Source of the DNA: Phoronis australis
Lineage: Eukaryota; Animalia; Phoronida
Assembly: GCA_002633005.1 (NCBI GenBank)
Contig: NMRA01000058.1
Coordinates: 1,020,409 to 1,084,408, forward strand
DNA: 64,000 nucleotides
Direction: 5' to 3'
How positions within the stretch are numbered: the first letter of the stretch is position 1; every line of letters begins with the position of its first letter. Below the pieces are notes generated by a model. That model was given only the letters and a program-made list of their open reading frames with translations. It was not told the origin of the DNA and did not search any database. Both the position numbers and the translations under genes were made by a program. This document shows, piece after piece, positions 40,901-55,900 of this stretch.

Positions 40901-43900
40901 AATGATTGGAGCACACAAATGAGTGTGTTGCTGTGACTTGCAGTCCACCCAGATTTTACCACAGGCGCTCGGATTTCCAGATCACTCATAACCATATATA
41001 AGAAACATAAAGGTTGGACACTTAAACTTTGCCAAGCCGAGGCTGCCAACTTCAACCGTCCAAAATCCAAATAAAATCTGCGTGCACCTCCCTCAGTCTG
41101 GTGTTGCATAAACCTTCAAAGCCTAATCTTTCCTAGGTCCCATTAACTGTCTTCGTGAGTGGAGAATTGGCGATGGAATTTCCAAAACAATCTCAAAACT
41201 CTGAAATCAAGGACCTGAAATAGTAAACATGGCGGATTTCAGTTGTGCTTCAACTTGTACGCCTGTCGTAGGTGAAACTTCGAGTTTGAGCAAGCAACCT
41301 AAATTTCAAATTCAATAATTCTTATCCAAAACTCAACTAATTGAGAATGTTAAAGTATAGTATTTATTGATTATTTGTAACTTTATTCCACTGACGGCTC
41401 ATTTTAGGCCTTAACTTAGAATTTTATTACATAAACTGGCGTATCTTGTTTCTCATCTTGACATCACGCACTTTTTTGATTAAAGCACAACACACACTCG
41501 GCCAGGAAACGCAGTCCGTGCAAGTATTACAATGTGCGTGGCCGATGAGTAAACTCAAGGGTTTTGGCCAAAAGTAAAACCTTCATAATAGAACACAGTA
41601 CAAAAAAAACTTCGCATATCAATACAGTATCACCAAAATCACCACTCGAAGGCAATTTGAAGAGATCGAATGAAAGAAAGTATTTTAAGAGTTGTTCGAT
41701 GCTAGTTTCGTGGAGTTCCATGCACATTTGAGTAGAAAATTCTGAGCAAACAGATTTCGAGTGTCCAACCTTTGTTTTCTTACATGTAGTAGTAGTGAGT
41801 GACGTCAATTTCGATCGAGGAACAGATAAACCCAAGTGCCTGTGGATTTTACTTAATTAATGCACTGCTATTGCTTGCAAAACCTTTGATTTTAGACAAT
41901 TTAAGTCCCATGAACAGATAACTTGTTCAGGTAAAAGCTTTTTCACTTCAAAACTAGAATGACTAGAATGACTCTTCATTACATTCAAAAAGCTTTAAAA
42001 CGTTTTCCACACAAGAACAGAAACTTCCAACATGATGCAGTGTTTTTTGGCTTAAAGGTATTTTTATCGTCAAAATCATGTGTAGTGACTCCCACTTTTT
42101 ACAGACTTGGCCTTGATGACAGTGTTCGTAGTAAAGACCCGGACAGTGAGGTGGATGAGTATTTAGGAAGAGCTATCGACGCACGAAGCATTGACAGACT
42201 GCGGTCAGAACATGTGCGCAAGTTTATGCTCACTTTTGTCAAGCCTGAGTTGGAAGACAAGGTGAATATTTTGATTCAAAAAAGCAGTTTTCACAATTCA
42301 TAGTTGTTAAATTCATTGCACTTCACTTCCTCTAAGTGTTGCCCACTAGAGTCACATGAAGCCTCGGTGATTTTAATTTTTCCTACTTTTCTTGAAATGT
42401 CTTCTTTAATTAGCCACTGTTTGTTAAGCTGTGTTGATGAGTAAACTTCTTGAATTAAACAATTACAATGAAGAACAGAGTAAAACTTGAAAACAATCGT
42501 GTTAACTGCATCAGCTACATTTTTCATCCCGTCGGATATTATGGAGACTTTGAATCCCTGTCAAAACCAAGCACCTATTGCTCGAAAAGTCTATTGCCAA
42601 AAGTTGATTTTTTGTCTTTCGTCTTTGTTTTTAGTCTGTTCCCGAGCAGGCTAAGGATTTCATCTGTCTTTTGGTTTCGAGTTTTTGACAGATTTTCTGA
42701 CTTTTAGCCTTATTCTAATTTTTTGGAACAGGCCAAGCCATCGTTAGATTGATTTTTAGCCAATAATCAAAAGACAATAGAGACTCTTCGAGAAATAAGC
42801 CCCAGGATCTCTGTTTTAAGTTAGGTAATAGCGTCAGCGGTTGTATTGTGTTCTATGTCAAGTAATGGTGTCGGAGATTATATTGTGTTCTGACCTTCAA
42901 TGACTGCAGTGGGGGAAATTTGTCTGTTTTTGTTAGGGTGCGACAGTCGTGTTGTGATCACATGAACTGCGAGGTGTGTGTTCTGGACTATAATTTTGTG
43001 ACTGTTGATACTTTGTCCCAATACACCGACCTATCATACTTAATCCCCTTAAAATATTTTACTTAATTCAGTTTCGTTTAAGCAATCACCCTGACTTTTG
43101 GCATTCACATTAATCTGATAAATTGATGCTTTTCTATTGTTGTTTTTGCTGCCCAAAATACCCTGTATTGATAACTTTGCTGTGTCTAAACAATGTGTTA
43201 GTTTCCTTTTGGAGCGCAGTCCATCTATCCTTCGCCATGATAGTAACTGCTGAGAAAAAATAATTCAATTGGTTAATAATGTTGTACTTGAAATAGCAAC
43301 AAAAACGAATCGTGTGGAAGGCTTTTTGTTGCACTCCCCCAACTTTTATGTATGTTGCATAACACCATTCTGGCATTGAGCGCTGAGTAATTCCTGTTAA
43401 CTGTTTCATGAGAGGTTGGTGGTGGGTATGACTAAGGTTCACAGTCACTTAACTGTCTAACTAAAGTTTACAGTAGTGGCTAACCCCATGTTTCAAGGTA
43501 ACAAAATTATCAATGGAATTTGCATTCAACTGGTAGTTTTACCAGTTCCTTCTTTTCCTACCTTTTACATTTTTTGTGTTTTGACTTCTTTTTGTGAACT
43601 ACGTCCTGTCCTAATTTTTCTACTTCATTGTTGAAAGTTGTAAGGAGGCTTGAAGACTTTTTAGAAACTAGGTATTTTTATTTGCCCACATATACATATC
43701 GTGGGTGCATCTGCCTCTGTGCCTCTGGCATTCGCTTTTCTAGCTTTCATGTGCCGTGCCTACATCATTTTTTGGTTCAACATTGTCCTTGCTTTCAATA
43801 CTCTACTGTACGTGATACAATCTTAATGTCTCACATGTGCTGTGTCTACACCATGTTGTCTTGATTTCAATACTCTACTGTACGTGATGCAATGTTCAGG

Positions 43901-46900
43901 TCTCACATGTGCTGTGTCTACGCCTGATGTTATAGTTCAACATTGCCTTGATTTCAGTACTCTACTGTATGTGATGCAATGTTCAGGTCTCACATGTACT
44001 TTGCCTACACCATGTTGTCTTGATTTCAATATTCTATACTGTACGTGATGCAATGTTCAGGTCTCCCATGTGCTGTGTCTACGCCATGTTATATTTCAAC
44101 ATTGCCTTGATTTCAGTACTCTACTGTTCGTGACACAATGTTCAAGTCTCACATGTGCTGTGCCTACACCGTATTATGGTTCAACATTGTCTTGCAACTT
44201 GTCATTATTCCTCTGTAAGTATTAGCTTTGAGTTATTATGTCCATGAACTTCACTAACTGACATACACTTCCTTGTTTCTGTTTTTAAACCCATCGTCTT
44301 TCAGTGTATGTGAAAAGTGCAGTGAGTTGTATCAGCTGACTGGATTAGTCTTTAATTTTTGTGTAGCTCGCAATATTTATTTGTTTAGTGATTTTAGAAA
44401 ATACACGTCCAGCGCACTTCGTTCCCGCATCTGTCCTTTTTGACAATTCCTTGATGTGAACATTGTAACTCAAAATGCAACAATGGAAGTTGCCTGCATT
44501 ATGGTGATGAATTACATTTTGTCGTGAAATCTAACCCTTCCAGTCATAAATAATTACTACAACGTTGACCACGTTTTTCATGGGTTTCTAACGTAGCTGC
44601 GAATGCTCACAACTTTTCAAAACATTGTCCGATGTTAGTTGTGGCCCATATTATGTAGAAAATGGAAAAACATTTGTTTTGTGCTCAATATCTTTAACAG
44701 ATTGAAATAAGAGAGTGAAATTTCACTCGTTCACCAGGTTATCCACTAATAATTGGTGAGATTTTATTGTGATTATCAGGTTTGACAATTAGGTTTGCAA
44801 GTGAAGAAGCAGGGCAACTGCTTCCCTCGTGTGTTGCATTGTGGGTAAATACCTTTGAGTGAGAGTGGTGCTGTACCAATTCATTATGGGCTTATTTTTG
44901 TTTTTTGTGCGTTAACTCTCTTTGAAGTTGAACAGTTCACGTTCAAAGCTTCCAGTCAGTTTTCAGGTCTGAGAATTGTTTTGTTTGTTGTTTCAGACAC
45001 CTGCTAATGGTTGCTGTGTTTCTTACGTGTGTAATCATTCTTACATTTGTGTTGGTTGTGGTCGTCATGGAGGGCTGTTCAGTAAGTTTGATTCGCAAGC
45101 TGTAAACTGTCTTTTTATGCCATGTTATTATTGCGTTTGTGTTCGTGATACCAAGTAATAGGTCATTGAACATTTGTCATTGGTCTCATTTGTGACTTGC
45201 GTTTCCTGAATGCTTAGTATAATTGTTATACAAGCATTGAGTTTCAGAACCCATCGTTTGGTCGGTCATCTACATTTTTTACCCAAAGCGTTGTGTGGCA
45301 ATTTTGATAAAACTTCCAGGTGATGCTTGGAATATACAAAGTACCAGTAAGTTGTCGCAGTGGTAAACTTGGCAGTGGCTCAGGGGAGCAAGAAGATCCT
45401 GGGAGCATTACTATGAGGTCTCCATTACTTCACAAAGAAAGTAACACAGTGTTACCATAGCATCGGTCAATACAAATATATAAGAGGTCTATGTGAAGAA
45501 TTATTATCTCCAAATTATTGACCGCTGGTGTGTTTAGAACCTCGTAATTGTACAATAAATTAAATTACATTATCTGTATTTAAATTATGCTCATCTTACA
45601 GTCCTTACAATCTTCCAACATTTTTGAAGTAAAGCTTAGCAGCCTTTACAAACTGCTGATCCAACATTTAAAGTGACCATAAACCCACATTGTGTCCATA
45701 ATAGACCAATTACCACTAAGTTGGTTCCATCTTGTTGTTTACTGTGTTGAGAAGTAATTTCTGGGTTTGCAAAGATTTGGACCGATGCTCAGATGGTAAA
45801 ATGACATGCCAGGACAATTCAGTAGACCACGTTGGAGAGCCTGGTCTCAAGCATTAATGAATTGTCTGTTCTTCCGAAACCCTGAATCTCCAATTAGACC
45901 AAGGAGCAATTTGAAACCAATTCCGTAGCAGTGAGTGGTTGAAATCAATAGCTGGGTATTGTGTACATAGCCACTTTAAATTACAAAATTTGAGTGAAAA
46001 ACATCTTGACAAGTATTGCAGTCTGTGTTAAGTTGGTTGCTGAAGTTTATGTTTTTTGTGAAGTAAATAGTTTGCACGAAATTTGCTAGCTTTTATTTCT
46101 TAAAATTTTGTTTACGTGAGTGTACCAAATGTACACAAGTCCTTGTGACCCTATACACAAAGTGTGCCTGACGATGCTGATTTTAGAAAATTGTTGTTGC
46201 TAACGAGGGTCACAAATTCGTTAGACAGCTACAGTAATTGCTAATTCACCACCCCATTGTGTCTTTCAGTGTGCACCGAAGTCTCTTCGTAAGCTCTCGA
46301 AAGCATTTGCTGTCAGACGAAGTCTTAGTCAACTCATCACTGCCATTGCCATAATAATCATGTATATAGCTTCATTCTCCTGCATAGTGAGTACTCTGAC
46401 TGCCAAAAGGTGACACTAGTGCGCATCTGCCTTGATATGCCTTAAGTAAACAGCTCTTCTGAAACTCGTAAATTATTGCATTTTGAGTTAACTACAAACT
46501 TCATACTCAGAAAGATATATGGTTAACTGGCAGACCTCTGAGTTTTCTTACAGCAAATTAGTAGACAGCGCACCTACTTGAGGTGGACAGAATTTCTGAG
46601 TAAACTTCAAGTCCTTGTTCAGGGAATTACCTGCGATTTCACGGCCAAAAATATTAAGCTAATGGCAAAGACAAGAGTCACCTAATGAATCTTTTTCGCT
46701 ATTTTGATGGACTCGAGCCAAAAATCAAATCTGTGATAACAGTTTGTAGCTACTGAAGTCCCTGGAATTGCATCACAACCATTTTGTGTTATGGGGGGCT
46801 TGAACACCATTGGTGCACAGAATCTACTGAGACATTTACTTTGGGTATGTTCGCGACATGATATTATTTTCTTGAGAAGCTTTCCCACATATCAGTTTGA

Positions 46901-49900
46901 AAACAAAAGAAATCGCTTGGTAGGTGATGAGTGCCAAACGATTCTTTCGGGGTCTTATCCAGTCACTGCTGAACGAACCAATTCTGCGGGTTGGGTTCTT
47001 GCCCGTTCTGAGTAAAAGTTTTCAACATATTTGGCTAAAGGCACAGAGTTATGGATAATGTTCTGCGTTATGTCAATCTATGATGTACAACGGATTACCT
47101 TCAGTGTATTGTTCATAATGCCAAGCCACCAGGATTTTGATAAGTGACCCAAATATGGATGAGCCTTACCCACCCTCTGGCTACTTCTGGAGCGCTTAAC
47201 TTGAGATTCTCTAATTTCACAGACTGAAAAATAATTATGAATGTCTTCATTTTATTCGATTTTTCAAAGGCTGAAAACTTTACTGCCGTCAAATAATGAA
47301 AAAATACCAAAAGTTGCTTTGTGACTGAATACAAAACATGCTAGCAACAGATTGCATTTGCAGGAAGAAATTTGACAATGAAAATAGAATTTCTCTTGTC
47401 GGCCATGTTGTGCTCTATATAAGAGTGCCTTTGTGTGTCGCCTGATTCCCAATATTGTTAAGTGAGTGCTTCCGTCTTCAGACAGGTACCAGTAATTGTC
47501 AAATGTCTCATGTAACCAGTCAGTGTTGCTTTGCCAACCCATTTATTGCTTAATGTATCCCCGTGTTCTCTTTTCAGTTCTTCGTTGATACCCCAGACAT
47601 CAAGACTTGCCTAGCCAATCTTGCCAACGGCAGCGGGGATGGTAGCAACACCTCTCTATATAACATCACCGCAGGAATCACGCTGGGGCAGGAAATCAAC
47701 ATATGCTCTCCACACACAGCCACATCCCATTTTCCAGAGGTATAGTACTGTTTTAGAGACATTGAGGTAAATGAGATTTTATGTGCCTGCTGAGTTTACG
47801 TAAATTTGCTTTTTCGTACGTCTCCACTTAATTCACGCATAGAAATCTAGCCTTGGAATTTGATCTCCCGCACATGGCCGATGTATTCTAATTAGAGCTT
47901 GTGACCCCGAGACTAGTCGCGAGAGTTTGCACTCCCAGAATTTTCAGCTGCCTGCTCTACTGAGTTTTGATTGAGAGTTGTAGTTATCAAATCAAACCTG
48001 ATTTCATTGTTCATTTTGTTGTTATAATTGTTCATCAGGCGAGACTCTTGAGGGTGCAGTTCCATACAATCAGCGATTTCTCAGAAAAATTGTTCAACTA
48101 ACTCGACAATTACCCTGTGGCCCTGGTTGGATGCCGGGAATAGTTTGGCCTCTGATGTCTTTTCAGCTCCAGTCGAAAAACCCCTTTCGACAACTTTTTA
48201 TACTGTATCACAGTTTTTCAACAAGACATTTTTTGTGGCTAGATTCCAGTTTAACAGTATTTTACGGAAAGAAGTTACATTAATTTGCTCTAAAATGAAA
48301 AGTAACTTTCAAAAAATTACTCATAAGTGTGTATGTGTGTGTGTATGTGTGTGTGCCTACATGCATTAATACTGTTTTCAGTTGTTTCTATAATTCATCT
48401 GTGCAATGTTTACCTGTTGCCCAGATGCCCTGTTTTGTTAATTCGATTTCTGAGATGTAGGTCTACTGTTCTCTGTATTATTTTACCTATCCCGTGACAG
48501 TGTACAATGTATTATGCCAATTGCCCCACTCAATTTTTCCACCATCCCACTGCACCACTGAATGTCATGCTTTTTGTCACACAGCCAAACTGACATCATA
48601 TACTAATTGTGATTTCCCATGCAACAGTGCCATATTTTCCTGCTTGACTTAAAAGAAAAAATAAATAGGACATTTCATGGGTTTTTCGCAACACCCACAA
48701 TTTCGCATTCAAATATAAAAACCAACAACAAGGCACTGTTTGACAAAAAACGCTGTCGGTACGTCTTTGTGTGTTGTAGTGGACATTTCACCCTTACGTT
48801 TTGGCTTAAAGCCAGATGTCCCACTGTTTATCCTGAAGCCTCGCTCTTCAATCCAGTTGCTCCAGTTTTCTTAAATACAGCAGTCAAGTGGATACTGAAA
48901 AAGTGGGACTGGTTCTTCAATATGATTGACTAATCAATATTTCCCCGCAGTAGATTATATCATATCATTTTTAAACTTAGTTAATTTTTTACTCAACTTT
49001 GCCTCTTTGCCTTTTCAGTACTTCACCTTCAGTGTTCTGATTGTCATGACAACATGCGCTGTTTTCCTACAAGCCTCCAGCATGGTGAAGTTGGGACTCT
49101 TATTATGCATTGTTCTGTTGCACGTTGTTATCATTCTAGTCAGTCACCGGGCCTTGTTTGATAACAGGGACATGCTGCTCATTGACTATGAAAGGTTTGT
49201 GTTGAAATTCTTTCAAGATTACATTAATTTTGTATCCTGTCACTGCACTACTGACCATGAACTAGGGCATCTCTCAGTTTGTCATGATGGTTTTAAACCA
49301 ATAGGAGAACCGCAGTTTATACTGCTTCGGCGTGCTTTCAAGACTTTGAACTAATTCAGATACACCAAAATTTTGTCGATATTCATCAGGGTCATTCCTG
49401 GATGCCTGCGGATTACCGTACTACACAGGGGTTGGAAATGATTCCGTGGCCGCGCCTCTCAATTGCAGCGCGATCCTCTGAACGCCTGTTCCAGACCAAT
49501 TGCCAGACTTTAAATAAAAGTTTCACGCCTGTGCCACTGAACCCCGCACCCATTGACCAAATCCATACTTGGATTGTATGAAACAGTCACAATAGGGTCC
49601 CAGCTGTTTTGCCTAAATTTTGACTACATTTGTACTCTTTTTTTTAACCAATATGTTATGCAGTGCCAAGTTTTGTCCTGAAATGAGTGACCCAAGTTTT
49701 GCTCACTACAGTCAAGTACGAGCAGCCTTGGTTGGCATCAGCACCACAGGTTTTGAGCCTGATCCCTTAGGGAGGCAGTTAATATGCTTCTCAGATGTGG
49801 CTATGGCTGTCCAGTGCTTAATTTTAAACTCTTGCTTTCACAGATTGGACAAAGCTGTTTTTGCCTTCGTCTAAAAGACATATGTTCCAGCAACTTTGAA

Positions 49901-52900
49901 ATTAAAAAATGTACAGCTATGAGAGGAATTGCATTAATTTTAAGAGTGTAAGTCACGGAACCAGAACAATGCTTGAAAATTGCTTTCTGGAGAGACCTAT
50001 GGTTGTGACAAGTTGTGATGACTTTTTTTAGATGGATTAAACATACTACTGCTGTGACCTCTAGTAGCAAATTTTATTTTTACCTTTGTTTGCCTCAGTC
50101 TGTAAATTTGACACACTTGTTTCTATTAGAGTGTTGACCTCTTGCCATTTTCGGACAGGTTTTACTTCTGTACTATATCTAAAAAATAGACACCCTTATA
50201 AGCATTCCGTTTGCAGTGCAATTGTGGGTGCATTTCAACACTGCGTTGCTCTTGTTCAATTTGAATTTTCATTTTAAGGGCCCTGGGTGTAGTATTAGCC
50301 CTGTATTGTGGAACCCTCTTTTGGTGAACTCTAGTACTTCTTCTGTCTTTTCTGTTTGCAAGTAGTGTGTTATATTTCATTGACTTGCATAATCTATCAG
50401 ATCATTACTCTGGGCATTCTCCCATTCAAATATTGCATAATCATGATAATTTTTAATTATATTATGGTAGCATGCTGGCTTGGGTTTCATTGTCAAAATC
50501 AGTGTGCTGGAGGAGCGCAATAATACAGTTTACCTCAGATTTGTTAATAAAATCCACATTTGATGAAACTTTTATGGTTTATGTCTTACTTGCTTGAAAC
50601 ACATTGCGTTATGATTTCATTTAATAATATAACCCACTGACCTTTGGTAATGTGACAGGTGTATTATGTTGCAATAAACCAGGATCTTCTGTCAATGTGC
50701 AACGAACTGCATGAAATTGGCGTTATTTCATATCTTACCCAAACTAAATTAAACAAGATTTTTGTTGTGGAATGAGGACAGCCTGTATTTCTCTTACAGT
50801 ATTGTTACGGATTTCAAATTTCATTTGGAAGAATCATGCACCTGTAGGACTGAAAAAATGTTGGCTTTCATATAAAATTTGAGAACTTGAGTGTGGGCAG
50901 AATACTTATTCTAAGAAATGACTGTTTTCATTGTGGCCATTTACAGAAATTTCTATTATAAACCTAATATATCTTTCAAACCGTGGTACCTGTGAGGGGT
51001 GGAACAAATCTTGTTTCTGGTATGAACTGGGTGGCATTAGGACGAGGCGAGTCAATGATTTTGTGTATATGCAGTTGTAAATGTTGCGCCAGCTCCAGTA
51101 ATATCGGGCCATTGTTGCAAAGACCAGTGTTTAAATTTGAGCTCTGGAATTTTGTAAGTTCTTGATCCATTCTCGACTGTCTTTGCAGAAGTCCTCATGC
51201 CTTGCTGCCTCTCAAGTATATGTTGGTGGCAGCACTGTGCGTGTTTGGTATAGCTCTCTTTATTCATGGTCAGATCATGGAGTCGACGTCACGACTAGAC
51301 TTTCTTTGGAAACTGCAGGTAAATTTGCCACGTATACCTTGAAGATAGTGTTTTCTGTTCTTTCACTTCTATTTTGAATCTCTGTCAAATGAGTTTCCTC
51401 GACTGAAAGGTAACACTGGTTTGAACCCAGTTTGTAAACTTCAAGCCAATGCTTTCTCAGTGTTATTGAGTCGCTGCTTGAGAAAGTAGATCAAAATAAA
51501 ACATTCTCAGAACATTACATGTTATGAAAATTGAGTTTTCTACTGTCACAGTAGGATTGGGTTGTTTAATGCTGTATTCTTGTTTTTGGTTGGCATTACA
51601 ATTAGCCTCTACCACTGCACTTTTATGACCGCCATCTTTTGTTTGGGATATGGGAACAGGGATGACTGTCTTGGATAACCGCTGGCTGTTTCTAGCAACA
51701 TTCTTTCCTAATCATTTTGAGATACTGCAGATTCTAAAAACTAAATCCGGCATTGAAAACTGACCTTTTTCGTTGCTTGCACACTCACTGGCACAAGTCG
51801 GTTAACTTAAACAGATGGAAATAATAATAATATAAATAATTAAATGTTGAGTGCAATTCCCGTTCCTTTTTTGGTAAGTCCCAAACAATATGCTAGTTGT
51901 GCTTTTTCCATTTGGTTAATAAAAGTTGAAACTTTATAAACTATCGAAACACGAAACCTTTTAATTCCCCTTTTGATCTCACTTGTTTGTCTTCTAGGCT
52001 ACAGAAGAAAAAGAAGAAATGGAGAACCTGCGAGCCTATAACCTGAAGTTGCTGGCCAACATACTCCCTCTACATGTTGCTGAACACTTCTTGACCATGC
52101 AAGTTAAGAAGGATGAGGTATAACCAAATGTCTGCAACTTTTTGGCTGCTTACAATTCTTCACGGGAATAATTGCAAGCATTTTTTACGTACCGTGTAGC
52201 CTCTCGCAGTTCATTACATTACGGCTGTGTATTTTGTATCTACAAAACTGTTTGATTTTAACTCGGTAAAAGTTTATATTTTGTGAAAACGGAATTAAGC
52301 CTGTAGATTTCGATTTTTGACTACGCTAATCTTAGTTTAATTGTGTGATGCGACCATGTCTTTAGTAAAATTTAGCAGGAGTGGTACCTTACCATTCATA
52401 GCAAAACAACAGTATCAATAACATATTAACCAAACTTCGATTGGTAATAAAACAACAATTGCAGGCAGTCTGGTACACGTTGTACCAGACGTGCGCAGGC
52501 CGCGCATGTGGGCCCATTACACTGATCACCTGGAACTATTTTTGTGCTCAAGGGTCTAGCAGTGTGGCCCAGTGGGACTCGAACCCACGACCTCGAGTAA
52601 AGAAGGTGGGTAGCATCACATTAGGACACACTGCCTCCTCAATTGATAATAAAATGTTCACTGTGAAATCGCAATAATGCTATATGTTATCTAAATTATC
52701 ATTTTCTTTTCGTTTTATGTAGTCTTTGATTTTTTTATAAAAATCATAAAAAATCCTATTTTTGATAGCCCTCTTGTAAAAGTAAAACATTTCCAAAACA
52801 GTGTATTTAGTATTTGAAAACTTCATACGAATCCAGTCATCATGTTCCAAAGTTAACCAAATTTGGACTTGCTGAGAAATGAGCAAAAGCCCACAAAAGG

Positions 52901-55900
52901 TATGCTGGAATATGAATGGAGATAAACTTGGTTTAAGATGATCATCCGTGCGACAGAGCAATTTGGCTATGACCTCGGCACATGTAAAGTTGTTAATTAA
53001 ACAGCTTGTTTTTCTACAATAAATAGAAAGGCGCGAAGAAACTGTATTTCATAGTCTATTGGGCAGGTAACAATCCAATTTTCTTGTTGAAAAGCTGAAC
53101 ATCTAATTTCGCTGATCTGCGGGCATTTACGAACTAACAAAGACTAGTTGTGATATTCATGCAAAGGCCACTTTGTCTTTAGAATTGCGGTTTACAGTCG
53201 AGTATTTGTAGATCGATGTACATATCCCCATCACATTATCCCAATGATAGGTCTTTGAATTGTGCAAAAGGTCCAAGGAGTAAACAATCAGGGACAGGAT
53301 CAGATGTTCCTGCGGAACATGATCTGACCAGAAACTGTGAGCCTTGGTAGATAGGCTCAGACCTGCCGGGTTACCTAGTGACCATTTCCATTTTAAGACC
53401 ATTAGTTGGGCACATGAGTACAGTAGCCCTGCATTGTGACAGTTCAAGAATGATTCCATACCTATCGCCAGGACTGTGAGTGATGGCCTATGTGACCAAT
53501 CAGAACGCAGCATTCTTGACACACCTACGTTTCCAAGCTGCCATTTTACCCGACAAACAACACATTACCGGGTAAAACTTATTGTTTGTTTGTCGACATT
53601 TTGCAAGGGGGCGGAGTTTACAATAAGTCTATCACTGAGCCTTTGATACGTCATTGTCTATTGAGGGCCTCTCTCTTCAGTTTCATGTCTGAGTTATTGT
53701 TTCAACATTGTCCCAATGACCTTTATCACGCACTTTTTAATTGTTTTTCACACTGCTTTAGTCTTCTGTTGTAGCTTTAATAGCTTCAACATGCCATTCT
53801 TGAATATTATTCATAATGTTGTAGTATTTCCTAGGACATTTACCGCACAACAAGATTCTAGATTATTCTTCGTAATGTGGTATTTTCCAAATTTTAAACA
53901 TTCACCATGGTAACGCTGTTGTGTTGTTTTCAAGGATCTCTACCATCAAGCATTTGAGAATGTTGCCATCATGTTTGCATCCATTCCAAACTTTTCCGAG
54001 TTCTACGTGGAGCTGGAGGGCAACAACGAAGGTGTGGAGTGTCTCCGTCTCCTTAATGAGATTATCGCCGACTTTGATGAGGTGAGAGTGCATGAAGCAG
54101 TAGAAATAATGCGTCCAACTTCCAAGCAGTCTTTTAAATTTTGCACAGGAAAAGTTTTGCAACTCTCATCGTTTCAAATCGGCCTGAGGTGGTTTTTGCT
54201 ATAAATAGAATTCGGGGCATGAAATTTGGCAAGTACATTTTTGTTAAAGGAGTGACGACACCTTCCAGTTTCATGCAGATTCATTGGACTCTAAATCATG
54301 GGCTCTGGCGTGTCGTCCATCCGGATTGACCAGTTAAGAATTGCTTAACATTTGGCTCAAGTTACTTAAACTTTGATTGGAGTTTTGGCCATTGTACAAC
54401 TTAACTGTTGATTTATTCAAATGAATAGTACTAATCATAACGTGTGTGCATTTATTACGACTGTAGCAACTTATAAGTACAGTAATTCTCCACTAATTTA
54501 GCACACCCACCTCATTTTGCACTCCGAAAATATTTGGAAAATAATATTTTATCCGGGCCTCACTTATTTCGCGTAAGGCTGCATGGCAGGAATTTCTTAC
54601 CACATTAAATTATTAAATTCCCACATGATCAGTTTTGCAGGCAAACCTCATAATAGTTAATCCTAATAACACCCACTTATTCAATTACGTTATTAATATC
54701 TGAGCAGCTGCAAATTCACCACTTCATGCATCTGTTCATATGGGATGTCTCATCTTGTAGCAAATATGCAGTGAAAGGAGTTGCTTGTTAAGTTCTACTT
54801 AATTTCACAGCCTGGTCAGCTATGAAGTCTGTACATTCTGTTTGTTTCGCACACCCCAGCTATCCAACGAAAATATTTTAAAATAATTAATTTTGTGGAT
54901 AGTAAGAGGAGAATTGCGATACAGCATGTAATCCTGAAGGAAGGAAAGATGACATGTTACCAGGATTTTCCGTAGATAAGCCCATGGGCGTGTTTTCGGA
55001 AAATGAAAATTTTCATGTGATTTAGTAACACCAAATAAAGGCCTGGGCGTTTATTCGGAAAAGGGGGCGTTTTTACTTAAAACTTGTAAATGCATAATTT
55101 GCCAACACCTTGTTTGTTTTTGTAAATGATAAATGCTACTTAAAACTGAATTTGTGACAAAAAGTTGATGCTGAGTAGGCTTTTAAGAGGAAATTTTCCA
55201 AATAAATCCCCCACTATCTGGACATTTGACAACAGAAGTTGTAACACCAAATGAGAGTTTATTCGGCAAAATTTTCCGAATAAATGCCCATGGGCGTTTC
55301 ATTGGGTGAGCTTATCTACGGAAAAATCCGGTATGCAGAGTGATGATGTGTATTGATTTCTTAGACACTCAGACACCGACTGAGAACAGCACTTTGAGTT
55401 GCATTCTTTAAACCCATTTAGATTCTTGAAGAAGACCAGTTCCGCTACATTGAGAAGATAAAAACTATCGGCTCGTCATACATGGCTGCATCAGGACTCA
55501 CACCAGACACCAATTGTTCTGACTTCAGTCATGTGATCTCGTTGGCAGAGTTCGCATTCTCTATGATGAGTCAGTTGGCATATGTCAACGAACACTCCTT
55601 CAACAACTTCAAGCTCAAAATAGGTACAGTTGGGCAACAGGATTAATTTTCAGCGAAATTCAAAATTTAAGTGCTGTACGCTTTTTAGATAATACACATT
55701 TGGCTAAATATCCACCCCCAAAGTTTTAAAAGCCTAATGATAAATGCGGTACTGTTGATGGGTTTGTCTTAACACTCACGAACAGAGTTTTATTCAGACT
55801 TCTTGATTTAGCTATGTGACTTTCAACTTCAGTCATGGACGGTGCAGCACTGAAATAAGGGGGGGCTATAGCCCTCCTAGCCCGCTATGATGCACCGCCC

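Noticed and set aside
40881-41542. Possible GGCC-ended Harbinger-like element
   Set aside because: The putative right TIR (GTGCGTGGCC) matches the left only weakly and no TSD is visible.
43799-44116. Mutually exclusive alternative exon cluster (Dscam-like)
   Set aside because: The copies lack the exon's 3' end and GTAAGT donor, abut each other with no intron space, and contain stops.
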